Positions 24,972-39,366 of a DNA stretch of 64,000 bases are shown here, piece after piece. Position 1 is the stretch's first letter; every line of letters starts with the position of its first letter. The notes under the pieces are model-generated. The model ran no database searches and was not told the origin of the DNA. It saw nothing but the letters and a program-made list of their open reading frames with translations. Location: NCBI GenBank assembly GCA_951406725.2, contig OX597820.1, forward strand, positions 62,062,001 to 62,126,000, written 5' to 3'. The DNA comes from Octopus vulgaris. Its lineage: Eukaryota. A program made the position numbers and the translations under genes.

Positions 24972-25862
24972 GCATGTTCGCTGCTGGAAGGGGTTTCGCA
25001 GACATTTTTTATAGGGTTTCTGGCGTTATTTTCTCCATTTTACTGTTAGCAGTTGTTGGCCGCTGCTATTCAAAATATTACTTTCTATCTGTAATCTTTA
25101 AGATGAGCTAAACGTTACAGGAGTGTTAAGTTTTACGCTCGTCTATTCCTTGTGATGTTCAATAGACACCTGGTGTTAGGCATACTCTTCTTTATATGTG
25201 AGAGGAACTAGATGTTACAGCGTGTTCCTGCGTTAATATTACAAGCTGTACTTTGTCCAAGTATTGAATACTTATGCTGTCGCTGAAATCACAGCATAAT
25301 TACACGCTAATCAATTTCCTTTGAATAAGGCTGAGGTCTTTAAAAAAGAAAGGGCATTAAGTAATGTAGGCAGACATATAATGTCAGGATAAATGTAAGT
25401 GGAACAGCTTTGATCATCGTCTGCCATCATGTGACCGAGTTGATCCCTACCAAACAAGTTCAACACCGAACTATACTGTTAGTAGTGTTGTTAGTGTTGT
25501 TAGTATAATGGGGGGAAGGCCTGTTAGTTGTATTAGTAGGGACATTAGTGATGTTAGTGGTATTACAGGTCGAGGGAAATGGGGAGTTAGTGTGTTAGCC
25601 GTAGTACTTGAGTGTTGGCGTTGTTTAGTCTCGAAATCAATCTCTGTCTCATATAGACTTGCCTATAATTAAAGGCATTCCAGCCACACGAAGCCCTTCA
25701 TTGGACACCAGGCTACATTATTCAATGTGATCTTCCTGTTTAGATGTTAGGAATGTCGTTATGTATGAGATTTAGCCTTTATATCAATGGTTCACCATAC
25801 AGCTCTCTATTGATTATGCAACGCCATAGGCCATTTAGAGTATCTCCGACGAAGTGTTATCT

Positions 25863-28800
25863 TCATAATTTTAGATGTTTCTTCATACTCAAAACTTCAC
25901 AAAAATGTATTTCACCTGCTTGAACACGTTGTTCCTTGTAATACAACAGGTTTACGACCAGTGGGCGTAATATTGTGTGATGGCAATCATCACATTGTCT
26001 TGTAAAGGAAAATCTGAAGAATATGATGAGCCCGGCATATATTTTTTCCTTGTCATTATAGTTATACAAACACTAATTTATTAGTGAAATCTGAAACCAA
26101 GATAAAGTCAGTATGAACGAAACAAGTCAAAAATAAAGTCATAATTCTAAGAAACATTTAAATTATTATAATGTTAATTTCTAATTTACATATTCTCTAA
26201 TTAAAATTTCTATAAATATTTTAGTTTCGTTATACTGTTTATTTTTTCATGTCTGTGCGTGTACATTTTGTTTTGTCATATGATATAATTGTGTGTGACG
26301 TTTGTGCGTATATGGGATTGTCATAAATAATATACAATAAATTATACGTCACCTTCTCCATGTTGAATGTATATGTTCTGTAAGCGGCAAGGCAGAAATC
26401 TTTCCACTCTGGGCTCCATGTGTCATTACGTAAAGTTTCAACCATGTTGAATTCAAAGAATGTTTTCAAACACTAAAACAAAAAACGATTTTAAGTTTAG
26501 CTTACAAAAGCTATTAACCTTTTGTGATATGAAATTCATTAGGAATTAAATGTTACGTTTCTATTTCAGGAATATATAATTTGCATTATAGATAGATAAC
26601 TTGATATAAATTTAACAGGAGTTACATATTAAAGATGTATTCTTTGTTGTATTTTCAGAACTGAGAGATATGAAGTCGCTCTTTGTATTTAAAAGTGGGA
26701 TTTTATAAATTGTTATAATATCAATAATTATTTAATAAGTATGGCTTTGATTGTATTTTAATATTTCTCTTACATTTCATCTCATGATTATTATATTGGT
26801 TATCTCAATTTACTTGACAGTTCTTTCAACTGTTATCGGTTAATGTCATTGCTGCATTTTTCGTAAATCTGATGTCAGGATTTTACACATCCAGCTATAT
26901 ATATATAATTGCTATCAAATGCTTTATTGTATTAAAATTACCGAACTCTATCTGTTACTGGAGCTAGTTCCTTTCACCTCTTAAATCATGTATTTGTAAA
27001 CATTATTTCAGTTCGTATGAATTCCTGGTTGTAAATTATATTCTCTTAACGTTTCAACACGTCACTCCACTGAACTGAAAATTCCCCTAAATGACGTGTC
27101 TGAAAATCGTAGACGATTTCGTCTCATTCAACATTAGGTATCATCGTCCAGCTGTCCTATTAATCCAGACACACTTGACTAAGTCAGGGCTTGCATCTAT
27201 ATCAGCAACAAGTCATGGGCATTCCCATTTTATCTAATATATGATAGCTTCCTCTGTACTTTGCTGCACAAGGGGATTCTAAACCATTCGTGGAAGAATG
27301 AGCAAACCATTTTAACTAGCTCTCAGTATTCCTCTGTAATTTGTTTGCAGCAAGTCTACTTGCATTTTTCTGAACTGTTCTACTAGTTTCTGGCATGTAG
27401 AGAACATTATCAGCAATATGAAACCCTATTATAAGTATCCCAGTTCTACCAAAATGCAATACACACGGCCTGCTCCCATTGCACTAGGGCATCCGGTCAT
27501 GATGTTCTTCACAGTGTAAGTAGTTGCTCTGCACAGCTAGTAGGGTGGATCTTTTTCTTTATCCCAAACTTTGAGGTTGTTTGGGGAAAGTGGTCAGTAA
27601 CATCACGAACGAAGAAGGAAAATATTCCCTGGTGTGTACTCAGGTTCTGGTCCCACCGATCCATTGGCCCTTGAGGGAAAGTCCTAGTGCCTTCATTCGG
27701 TCTTCCTTCTCAGCTGAATCACGGATCCTTTTGCACAATGAGCGTTCTCTTGCTCTTGGTATTGGTTCTTTTCCATCTCTTAGTGCTGTAATGGCCAAGT
27801 TCTAGACGTCCTTGACAGATAGCTCCAACAATCTTCTGGGGTTTCCAGTATATCACTGTTTCTTTCACAGCTTCCTGGGGTTTCAACTAACAAGATCATG
27901 AAGTGTACTAGAAAACCGGTATACTTCATGGTCGTTTTAGCGTGTTTGACCTTCTTATTCTCAAAAAAGCAATGTGGAGATTGATGTTGCATTTGTGTCT
28001 TGAACTTTTTCTTGGATTGCTGAAGTCTCAGAGGCCTGAATGTTGACCAAATATTGAGGCGCGCCCTTCCACCATCCACTGCCTCTACCCGAATCATAGA
28101 AAACTCATAAAGTAAAATGGCCACTGCAGTCTGGGAATGATGCCATATAGAAGCACCATTATTTGAACCCAAGTAGCTCTTATCAATTGCCCTGTGATCG
28201 TAGCTATTCTCGAGTAAGAACCTTAATGTCCGCCTGCATTGACTTAGATTGATGGATTTGTCATAGCTGGATTTACGTGTTCATGTATGAAAGCCTAATG
28301 TCCAAACTAAATGGTGTCATGAGTTACGTGATGTATGAAAGCCTTTTCCTGTGTTACCGTTAGTTTCGGTACCTCTCAACTGCATTCCCACTACCAATAG
28401 CATTAGGTTCATGGGCACTACAAACAGCGCTACGGAAATTGTGTATCCTACCACAGTGCCTTTTTCCAGTCTCTATCTCTTAGTGAGGTAATTTCCCACG
28501 GTGAACTTCATCTTCAGTGAAACCATGTAGGACATTATGAATCTGACCACTTCTGTTGGTACTTCGTAGTACACAAATGCACTTTGGAGAAGCTGGTGAG
28601 TCACGTTTGAGTACGCTTTGGCAAGAACCAACCATACAACGGACAGTGAATTCTTGTTCCACTTTACTTCCTTAACGACACGACTGATCGGTGATGTGTG
28701 CTCGAGCCATACACAGTAGCCTGGGACTCCTCCTTTGTGGTTACTGGTGTCAATGTACACGTTGGCCAAGATATATGATGTTATCTTTTTGGAAATGATG

Positions 28801-29956
28801 CCCCAAATGATCTTCCTCTCAACTTCTAAAAGAGGGATCTCTCGAAACTATTCAAGTCCAGCTGAGGTTTCTCCTTTGGAACAAAACAGCCCTCCGCGAG
28901 TGTCCATTGCCAGAGTTCCAGCTTCTTCCAGATCAAACATAAAAGTCTTGCTAGCCTCCTCAACAGTAGTGGGCAATTCTGTAAATTTTGTAATTACTGA
29001 CATTTCGATTTCTTTATTTGGTGGAGTGTGTCCTCCGAGGGCATTGTAAATCCGATAAACACTAACCACTAGGAGAATTAGCGGATATCTTGAAGTTGAA
29101 ACTCATAAAACTTTGAAGGATAAAAGGCGCAGAAACAAAGATCCTTAGAACCATTAACCGCTATTTCCCTGACTTTTGCTTTTCTATGGAAAAAAAAAAC
29201 AACTGGAAATCTTGAATACCCAGCATACGCAATAAACACTTATCTATGACAAACTCTGAGCGATACTGCCAATACGAAATGCTGTTATGCTCTGCATGCC
29301 TAACAAATGTTTCTAGCATAAATGAAACTAAAATGACACCCAGAATGTTATTCAAAAATCAAGATATTTTTTCTTTGCTCACTCAATACATCCCCTATAA
29401 ACCTTGTCCTTGACTCCTCTAATAACTGTGAAAGATTCTGAAAGGGATCATACTGGAGATTGAAATATTGCTAGCCAATGGATGGATAGGGAGTATGTTT
29501 GGGTATCCAAAGAAAACTAAGAAACTCTAAAAAGCTCATAGTTTACAAATCCCCTCACCAATCAGAGTAAAAGCAAGAATATTATTTTCACCATCTTGTC
29601 TTGACAGTGGAGAAAGTTCATCCCAAACAATGATTACATTGATAGAGTAGCACACAAACGTGGGATCTTTGGAATACTTTGTAGCTTATACTATACAGTT
29701 ATTGCAACTGCATAACTCAGAGTTTAATAGACAAAATGATGGTATCGTAGACATGGCAGTCTAGTAGTGAGATCCTGGAAAATCGATGTTCTTACTCCGG
29801 TATATTCTTACAATTTCTGGATTAAAATTACTAGTAAATATATTATAGTACCGAACGAATGAAGCTTTCTTCAATGTTTAGTTCTTATTTCTTCTAATTT
29901 TCTCGATTGAATATCAGAATATTTTATGTTCTAATAATGCCTGGTATTGTTGTTGT

Positions 29957-29996
<40 letters not shown>

Positions 29997-30840
29997 TGTG
30001 TGTGTGTGGTTCTGTAATGTGCAGTCTCTATTAGTGTGTGGTTGACCTGATGCAATTAATATAAACATTGCACTTTACCTCCACCATTTATAATTCATTA
30101 TTCAAGGCAGAAATGCAGCACTGTTATAATTTCCTCAGTTTTTGCTCATACTGCCATTATTTCCAGATTTCCATTTCCATGTGTCTTTAGTCATCGTTCT
30201 CATCAGATCTCCAGACTGGAACAGAAAACATTTTTCTCTTTAGCGAAGATATATTTTTAACATGTGAATTGAAATTCTGATATTTATATTCTAGGATCCT
30301 AAATAATCAACAGATTATTAATCTACATTGTTTATACTAAATAGGTATTATGTACCATTGTTGTTTTAACTGCTATCCTTTCACCGCATTTTTACATGAT
30401 TTTTATTGTTATATATTTTCTCCGTATCAGCCATTTATATAATAATGAATGCTTCTTTTAGATTTGTCATTTCATTCTATTTTTCTTACATTTATTGCTA
30501 TAAATTTTCTCCGTAATCATATGAACAATGTTCTTTGCACACATAATTTTAGTGTTCTTGTTATTTTAGTCTAAATTATAGAAACTCAAAATACTTACCA
30601 CTTATTTGTGTCCCTTTCCCCAGCGAATGCTTTTCACGAAAGCATCGCCATTGGAATTTTTTGCATGATATTGATAATCATTTCCGGCTGGGCTGTAAAA
30701 GGTATTTTCACTGTTAACGTGTATCACAGTCGGGGTAACAGAGGATTTCCGCAGCCGAAGAAGCGATGTACGCGGTCGCAGAATTTTCTCATTCTACTTG
30801 GGAATATATTACAATTCAACAAGAGAAATATATGAACTAA
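25863..30840 (-). pseudogene. Candidate three-exon pseudogene of unknown family: exons 30840-30599, 26472-26353 and 26090-25863
   Basis: Polypyrimidine-AG acceptors, GTAAGT and GTGACG donors, phase-0 joins, an open 120-nt middle exon; disablements are a frameshift near 30748, TAA at 30602-30604 and TAG at 26073-26075. Confidence 0.5.
27290..29150 (-). mobile_element. Degenerate non-LTR retrotransposon of the restriction-like-endonuclease group (HERO/NeSL/R2-like)
   Basis: FREIPLLEVERKII, HKGGVPG...LEHT, VVWLVLAKAYSNVTH, LEKGTVVGYTISVALFVVPMNL, degenerate AFMDD-like motif, C-terminal LC...IMTGC..AMGAGR knuckle remnant; many stops; may extend to ~29700. Confidence 0.85.
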
Positions 30841-31613
30841 CTGAATGCAAGCAATCAAAGAATTATATATTATTCTCAAGAAGTTGAATGGTATACGTCA
30901 TAATCTTCTTGTTGATTATGATTTCAGAATGTAAGCGAATAAGTAGAATCGTCGTAACGTTGGCTGGAATAGCATTATATACTTTTAGCGATGCTTTGTT
31001 ATCTGATTTCGAATTCCAGCGATGCCAACGTCATTATTTTCCTTTTTATATTTTGAGAAATAAAATAGTTAGTACTAAACTAAACTACAGAACTGGTTGT
31101 ATTTCACCATTATTGCAAATATACATAGTAACGCATGAAACTTTTTATAGTGAATTGGTGTGTGCAAAACAAGCATTCCCGTATTAAATAAAACAAAATC
31201 ATTCCCGTTGGAACAAATGTGTTTAGAACTAGATTTTGAACAAGCCTTCACTTTGATCTGAAGCTAACTCAGGTTCTATCACAGCGCTTGTTCTGAATCT
31301 AAAATAATTTACGTTCTGGTGGATTAACGTTAGAGAATTGTTGACAGTGAGCTGGGTTAATCTGTCCATTTGATAGGCCTGATTTACTTGCAATCTTCTT
31401 CAAGATACTAGCATGTCTGAAGATCTGGCTATTCAACAAGGGTCCTTGCAGCTAACAGTTTGTAATGGAGAACATATTTTAATACTCAGAAAAACCTGGG
31501 AGACCTGAGGCAACACACGCGCTAATATCTATTTACATGCACATATATCGTTGAACAAGCATTTACAGACAGGAATCAATTAGTACTCATTTAAATTTAC
31601 CGGGTCCCTTTAA

Positions 31614-31715
<102 letters not shown>

Positions 31716-31827
31716 GCCTGCATGTCTGTCTGTCTGTCTTTCTCTCTCTCTATCTCTCTATCTCTCTATCTCTCTGTCTGTCTGTCTATCTATCTCTCTA
31801 TCTATTTACCTATTTATGTATACGTGT

Positions 31828-31879
<52 letters not shown>

Positions 31880-31890
31880 ACACACACATA

Positions 31891-32736
31891 CAGGGTGGGT
31901 GGAGAATAACTAGGAACTAGAAATTGCTTATAGAATTTTTAGCATCATTAAATTCATTAGGAAAACATTTTTTAATCAGACATCACTAATGGAGATTTTT
32001 TATTCTCTTGTTTCTTTTCTTATTTTCTAGGTGGCCGGTCTTTTGACTGTTGATGAGCGAGCTAAGATAGCAGTACGCTATGAAATATGGAATTCCATTG
32101 TTTTGGTTCAGAGATGGTGGCGTGCATGGAAAGATAAGCATGCTACACTACGTCCGGAGTTAATAAAAAGTTGTCATGCAAATCTGATGACCATGGGCTC
32201 TGTGAACGATGCAGGAAGACGTGGTCGTCTAACAACATCCTGTTCAACGGAAAAGGGGATAAAAGTGCTGGAAATGTATAATCGCAGCCCGCAAAAGTTA
32301 ATACCTCAAGCAACTCGTGAAAGTGGACTACAAGACACAATACGTACGGTGTTACATAAAGAATTGAATTTTCGTCCGTGGAAACTTGAAGTTAAAACTT
32401 GAAGGCTGTGATCGTAGAATTCCAGAAGTCCACATACCACCTCATGTGATTTTTATCTGTGGGCTTTCAGAAAAGAGGAGGTGTACAAGACAAAACCTCG
32501 CACACTGGATAACTTGTAGACACGGATTCAGGAGGTTCGCAATGGTATCTCAGACGAAGTCTTCAGAAAGTTCTTCATTCCACCCCTGGCCGTTAGAGGA
32601 CATTGGTTGTCGCTACCAGTGCTTAGGTTGAAATATGAAGATTTACTTTCATTTTCACATGTAATAAAAAACGTATCATTTGTTATAAGGAATATGGATT
32701 TTATTATCAATGTTCAATACCTACTTACTTTTCGCT

Positions 32737-32740
<4 letters not shown>
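31891..32740 (+). mobile_element. Tc1/mariner-superfamily transposon, internally deleted
   Basis: TA then CAGGGTG TIR; ORF 32031-32402 with HTH (VQRWWR, GSVND..RRGR, RSPQK) joined to a PRSPD..CDFYLWG-like remnant; degenerate right TIR. Confidence 0.85.
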
Positions 32741-32798
<58 letters not shown>

Positions 32799-33900
32799 CG
32801 CATATATATATACATATGTATAAATACATACATATATATATATGCAAAAAACATATATATGCATATGCTTATATAAACGTATATACATGCAAGTATTCAC
32901 GAAATCATACATAAAGTTTTAACTCTCAACAGTATTTAATGATCAAACTCGAGGAACGTCCTATGCAGCCGTAAATATATGATGATACTAAAAGCTGTTA
33001 TACAACATACTGAAACAACCGATATTCCAATAATAATTAAATCGCAATTATCTTTTCTCAAAGAGTATATATTCTATTTAATATTGAATATTTTAATTGT
33101 TGTTTATACAGATATATGTATTATGTAATTATAAGAACTCATTATTTATGTATGATATTAGAAATTACGCATAAAATTACCCTTTCAAAATTTCGGCTTG
33201 CTAAACGTGGCCAATTCAGCCGTTCGAAACCTAGGCCGTGTATCATTAGTTGTATTTGTCTCTTACACCGTTTGGCGCCTGCTTAGCAAATAGATGAATG
33301 ATTCAGTAGCAACGATTGCGGATTTATGGCAAGGCCGTCTTGGTAGGTTATAACGTGGAAGATATTTATGCAATCGCAAGTGCTGCTGTGAATATGAATA
33401 GAAATATCATACTATTTGCCATGTCATAATAAATAGGATATACAGTCATGGTTATGTATATAGGTATTCGCCTGGAAGTCTACGCTTACAAGCGTGCACA
33501 CACACGAGTGAATATACACATGTATACAACTACATTCATAGACCCAAATCAACGATAACATTATACATGAGGTAGACCTAGCGACATAGATAATAAATTT
33601 ATCATATACGTTTATATGGGTGTGTGTGTTAATCAACATATATATATGCATGTACTTATGAATGTATATAGCTATATGAATATAGACAGAGACATGTATG
33701 TCTGCATGTGCACATATATATGCGCCATATATCTTAATTAACTACGCTTATAACCTTAAGTTAGATTCAATAAATGTAATATAATTTCAGAACATATTTG
33801 AATACGTACGTATATAAATATGCATTACATACATACATGTTTATACACACACACACACTCATAGGCAGACAGACAGCTACACACACACATATGTATACAT

Positions 33901-33977
<77 letters not shown>

Positions 33978-33983
33978 TACAGA

Positions 33984-34022
<39 letters not shown>

Positions 34023-34347
34023 TGTATATTTATATATATATATAGTCATACCGAGAAAGGGAGAGAGAGAGTGAAAGAGAGAGAAAGAGAGAGAGAGTGA
34101 AAGAGAGAGAAAGGGAGGAGAGAGAGAGAGAGAGAGTACTATAGAATATGCGAATAGGTTTCCAGTCAATACTGCGTTGCGTGAGTTGCGGCCGATTTGC
34201 CTCTACGATATAAATTCGGAGTAGGGGTGTGGAAAAGTGTGAACATTTCCAATGTTTTTTGAAATTTTATTTTATGAGTCTTCGGCAACAGATGTATAAC
34301 AACTTTAACTACTGTCTATATATTAACTAATATTGGAAATTAAATTA

Positions 34348-34522
34348 AGGCAGCAGAGTGCCGGCAGAATCGTGAGCACGTCTGACTTTAAGTCATGAGA
34401 TCAAATTACGCCGATCGATAAAATAAGGGATTCGATAAAATGAGTATCAGTTGGAGACTGTGAGTCGGTGTAATTGGCTTCCCACTCCCCTAGAATACTG
34501 GCCTTATACCAAAATTTGAAGC
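34348..34522 (+). mobile_element. SINE family B, degenerate
   Basis: GGCAGAATCGTGAGCACG head and TCGATAAAATGAGTATCAG core. Confidence 0.6.
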
Positions 34523-36026
34523 CACTAAATTATACTGGATTGCCCCTTTGTAATGTTTGATAATTTTTTGGCTGCAAGAATCAACATTACATTCGGTGCG
34601 TATTCAGTGTTTCACTTCTTTATTATAACAATAGCAGAATATGTGTATTCGTTTTTTATTCCTCACTGCGGGTTACTAATGTGGTTACTAAACAAATTTG
34701 TATGAGCAATATGTGAGCTGGGGGAAATGCGTGAACAGCTGCACATGTGCTTTGACTCCTATTGTAAAGGGCTGCGAAAAAGGAGAATAAAGACGAAAGG
34801 AATGAATTTTCTTTAAATTCGAAAGAGTTAAGATGATAAGGAAGAAAACATTATGATGGAAGAAAGTTCCAAATTCTGACAGTTCGAGGAAAAAAGGCAA
34901 TGACTGTAGAAAGACTTCCTAATTCATGGAAGCACAGCGGCATTTTGGGGAAGACGCGGTGAATTTTGAATCAGATAACATGGTATAAAGTTATCTGGAA
35001 CAAAGAAAGTTCATCAGGATAAGAATATGACTTGCGACGTCACATCAAAGGTTGAGGAGTTGAAGCCTCGACACCTTGCCTAAAATAATTATAAACTAAT
35101 TTGTATATCATACATTATTCAGTTACGTGATTAAGTGCTTAATGGGTATTTTTATGTATAAACGACGTGCGTTAGAAAATCAAAGATGAATTAAATATAT
35201 AATATAGACTAGACTTCATAAAGCTAAACGCCAACGCACTAGAAATAAACGAATGTGAAAAGCTCTTTGGACCCTTCTCAAGAGCAGAAAAATAAAGAGA
35301 TTGCTAGATGTGATTCATGGATGTCAAACCAGACTTCTACAACAAAACCATAAGTCAATGAGTGATGCCCTGTCTCTGCTTGGAACCTGTTTATTTTTTT
35401 TAATAATTGTTAAATAAAAATAGAGAACCGATATTCGATTATACCAATCACAGAACCAGGCCGGTACAACACTTGATTGACGCCAGTGGCATGAAAGGCG
35501 AACGTGGCCTCAGCTGAATTTAAGCACAGAACACACAGGAAATGAAAAAGAAATACTGTAATATGTAAGTTCAACCCACTGATAAATCTGCCATCCGTTT
35601 GCTTTCAAAAATAAGAAAAATGCTTCGAGCAAAATAATAATGGGTAAACGAGGATGTTTCTACAGGGTTATTTCGCCTACCAGAAATAAGAGCAAAATGA
35701 CATTCAAATCCTGTACAGCAACTGTCTTGCGAAAATTAAGGACCAATTGAGCAGCCAGGTTCTGAATAGATGAGACGACGAAAAGGCAACAGCTAGTGTG
35801 TCGATCACGTAAGAATGTTTGACTAGATTTCAATAATGATATAAAGAATGTATTAGGCGGGCAACAATGGCGACAATCACAACAACAATAACATCTATAG
35901 AAAGGCAGCGCATCATCGGATGAAACATGAAGTGAAACATCTAAATTTTACATACAACCGTCTGTGCTAAATTGACCGTCCTAATACGGTAGACAACACT
36001 AGTAGTAAAAATAACTTCAGAAGCAT

Positions 36027-36111
<85 letters not shown>

Positions 36112-36441
36112 GTATATGTGTGCGTGTATATATATATCTATATCGTCATATGTATATGTATATATATGTATATATACAAATATATTTATTGTATGTATGG
36201 AAACATATCTATGTCTATGTGCACGTTGAGTGTATATATTTTGTGTATGTGGTAAGTTATATAACAGAAGGAAACTTTTAATGTATTATGCAAGCTGCGC
36301 GTATATGTGTATGATGGATTGGCCCTTTGGTGTCAGTTGCGTGGTGAGATCATTGTGTACAGGGGCGAATTGCGAATTGTGCATAAGTCTCTAGGTAGTA
36401 TGTGTGACAAGAACAGGAATTATGCTTATATAATCACTCAG

Positions 36442-36505
<64 letters not shown>

Positions 36506-36628
36506 GTATATATATTTATAAATATATATATATTTAAGTATATATGTATGTATATAAATGTATATATACAGATGTATATATAGATACGTATTTGTATGTA
36601 TATATGCATATATATATGTATGTGCCCT

Positions 36629-36681
<53 letters not shown>

Positions 36682-36784
36682 CAATACATTAATACATATG
36701 TATGTATAGAACACAACTAGTGTGTTCTCGATTGAGAATGTGCTAATATAAGTGTAAACCTAAATTTAAGTTCATATATCTATG

Positions 36785-36824
<40 letters not shown>

Positions 36825-36825
36825 C

Positions 36826-36898
<73 letters not shown>

Positions 36899-37279
36899 CA
36901 GATATAGCTTCAGACACAGAGAAATACAGATCAGAAGGAGAAATAACTTTGGTAAAGAGAGAGATAGAATTAAAATAATGAAAGTAGAAATTAGAATTAA
37001 TAGAAAGAGAAGTCGAGAGGGGATTATAAAAAGTTTTTTTCTTTTTTTAAACAATATTATATTATAAAGTCGGAAAACAAATTAAGTGTGAATCCAGTTA
37101 TTTTTCATAAAAATTCTCCATTAGAGTTTTATTCGCTAAATTACGCAATAACACTACCGAATGGCGTTTGTCTTGCTTTATATAACCAATTCCATACGAT
37201 CTTCAATATGAACTATTTTAACCTTGGTATTATTTAATTCGTTTCATTTTTGGACGTTTTCGTTTTAGCCGTTCTTTTT

Positions 37280-37832
37280 TTGTTATTTTTTTCGTTGCGT
37301 AAATAAATTTCTGTCTTATTTCGTCGTTCTATAGATGGTGTGAGTGTCTGGATGCAAACACTCGGAAACAATAATGTGGTGGTCACAAATGGAATGCCTT
37401 CAATATTCAGTTCAGCAGTTCTTCATTTGATTCATCCAAATTCACGCTACGGACTCGTTTCAGTTCTTATTCTTTTTCGTTTAATTGATTTTATTATTTT
37501 TATATTTTCCATATTCCAATTATTAGTCTGCGGCCGTGCTGGGGCACCGATTTCAAGCTTTTGTTATTTTTTTCGTTGAGTAAGTAAATTTCTGTCTTAT
37601 TTCGTCGTTCTATAGATGGTGTGAGTGTCTGGATGCAAACACTCGGAAACAATAATGTGGTGGTCACAAATGGAATGCCTTCAATATTCAGTTCAGCAGT
37701 TCTTCATTTGATTCATCCAAATTCACGCTACGGACTCTTATTCTTTTTCGTTTAATTGATTTTATTATTTTTATATTTTCCATATTCCAATTGTTAGTCT
37801 GCGGCCATGCTGGGGCACCAATTTCAAGCTTT
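37280..37832. repeat. Recent tandem duplication of ~280 bp (37280-37560 / 37561-37832)
   Basis: Near-identical copies with a short deletion in copy 2; includes a SINE A 3' end. Confidence 0.9.
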
Positions 37833-38160
37833 TGGTTGAACAAATTGACACCAGTGCTTATCTTTTAAGCCTGGCACTTATTCTATCTTTGTATTTTGCC
37901 GAATCTCTATGTTACAAAAACGTAAGCAAACCAACACCGATAGCCAAGTGGTGGTGGAGTAGAAGCACAACTTAAGTACAAAAACGAACACAGGTACACA
38001 CAAACACATACGACGGGATTCTTTAAGTTTCCGTCGGTCAAATGCACTCACAAGGTTTAGCCAGCCCAGGGATATAGTAGAAAACACCTGCCTCAAGTGC
38101 TGTGCAGTGGGACTAAACCTAATACCACAGAGCGAGAAAATAAGCTTCTCAACCTGCACC
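37796..38160 (-). mobile_element. SINE family A, degenerate
   Basis: Similarity to other copies. Confidence 0.7.
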
Positions 38161-38369
38161 TCAAATTATACAAAATATTACCGGACGAAAATTATTCGTA
38201 ATTCTGTTTCTGTATACAGAAATCTTTTGCGAACTGATCAAACAGCTTGAATTGAGTAATTTATAGAAAACGGATGGAGTTATATGGACCGAAACAGGTT
38301 CATTCTCGTCCTTCTCATACTAACAAAGACCATGGTATCGCTCCCGTAAACCTATAAATTATCATATGC

Positions 38370-38565
38370 ATTTATTCTCTTAGTTGTTACAGTCATTTGA
38401 CTGCGGCTCTGCGGGAACACCGTTTCTAAGTTTAGAAACCGACACCAGGTTTTATTTTTTGCCGAACTGCAAAGTTACTGGGACGTAAACACACCAACAC
38501 CACTTGTCAAGTGTTGATAGGGGTTGGGACAAACACAGACACACGTACCCATAATGCCTATCTTA

Positions 38566-38613
<48 letters not shown>

Positions 38614-38629
38614 ACTAGCTTAGATTCTG

Positions 38630-38678
<49 letters not shown>

Positions 38679-38821
38679 GTATATGTGTGTGTGTGTGTAT
38701 ACGACGGGATTCTTTCAGTTTCTGTCAACCACATCTACTGACAAGGCTTTGGTCGGCCCCAGGCTATGGTAGAAGACAGGTTCCACACAGTAGGACCGAA
38801 CCCAAAAAACTATGTAGTTGG
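38370..38821 (-). mobile_element. SINE family A, truncated by the fold-back element
   Basis: Similarity to other copies; stops at GTAGTTGG. Confidence 0.75.
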
Positions 38822-39019
38822 CCGGCAGAGTTTAATTGTCTTTCTTTAGTGATGAAGAAGAAGAATATATCAGTTAAGTTAGCATTATTCCGAATATGTT
38901 TCATGCACTGCCGAACTAGGAAACAAGCTACTCACTGCATTTTCTCACGGAATATATAACCCGTTTGTTGACAAATAGTGTGTATACATCCGTATCAGCT
39001 CGCAGCGTCACATACCCAG

Positions 39020-39063
39020 ATGAGATGCTAGCATTTCGGAGTAGTTATCTCCTCTTCGGTCAT
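39020..39063 (-). ncRNA. Minimal type I hammerhead ribozyme motif
   Basis: ATGA-CCGAAGA-GGAG ataacta CTCC-GAAA-TGCTAGCA-TC-TCAT; palindromic stem III ATGCTAGCAT. Confidence 0.8.
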
Positions 39064-39318
39064 AGACATTAGGCAGGCGGCGCTACGAGCTGATTGAAGA
39101 GATTGACTCTCTTACGCTTTCCCAGTCACCATACGGTGACGGGTAGCCCCCATACTGCGATTCACCGTAAATAAATTAAAGAGGGGGAACGCTCAGCAGT
39201 AATAAGTAAAATTGTAACGGCGAACTGCCTAATAGTGCTACCAGTCACCGTATGGTGGCTGGAAATGCATAAGAGAGTTAATCTCTTCAATCAGCTCGCA
39301 GTCCCGCCTGCTTAGTGC

Positions 39319-39366
39319 CTGTGGCTGAAGAAGGGATAATTACTCCGAAATGCTAGCATATCACAG
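39319..39366 (+). ncRNA. Minimal type I hammerhead ribozyme motif
   Basis: CTGTGG-CTGAAGA-aggg ataatta ctcc-GAAA-TGCTAGCA-TA-TCACAG; stem I extends to ATCAGCTCGCAG/CTGCGAGCTGAT. Confidence 0.8.
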
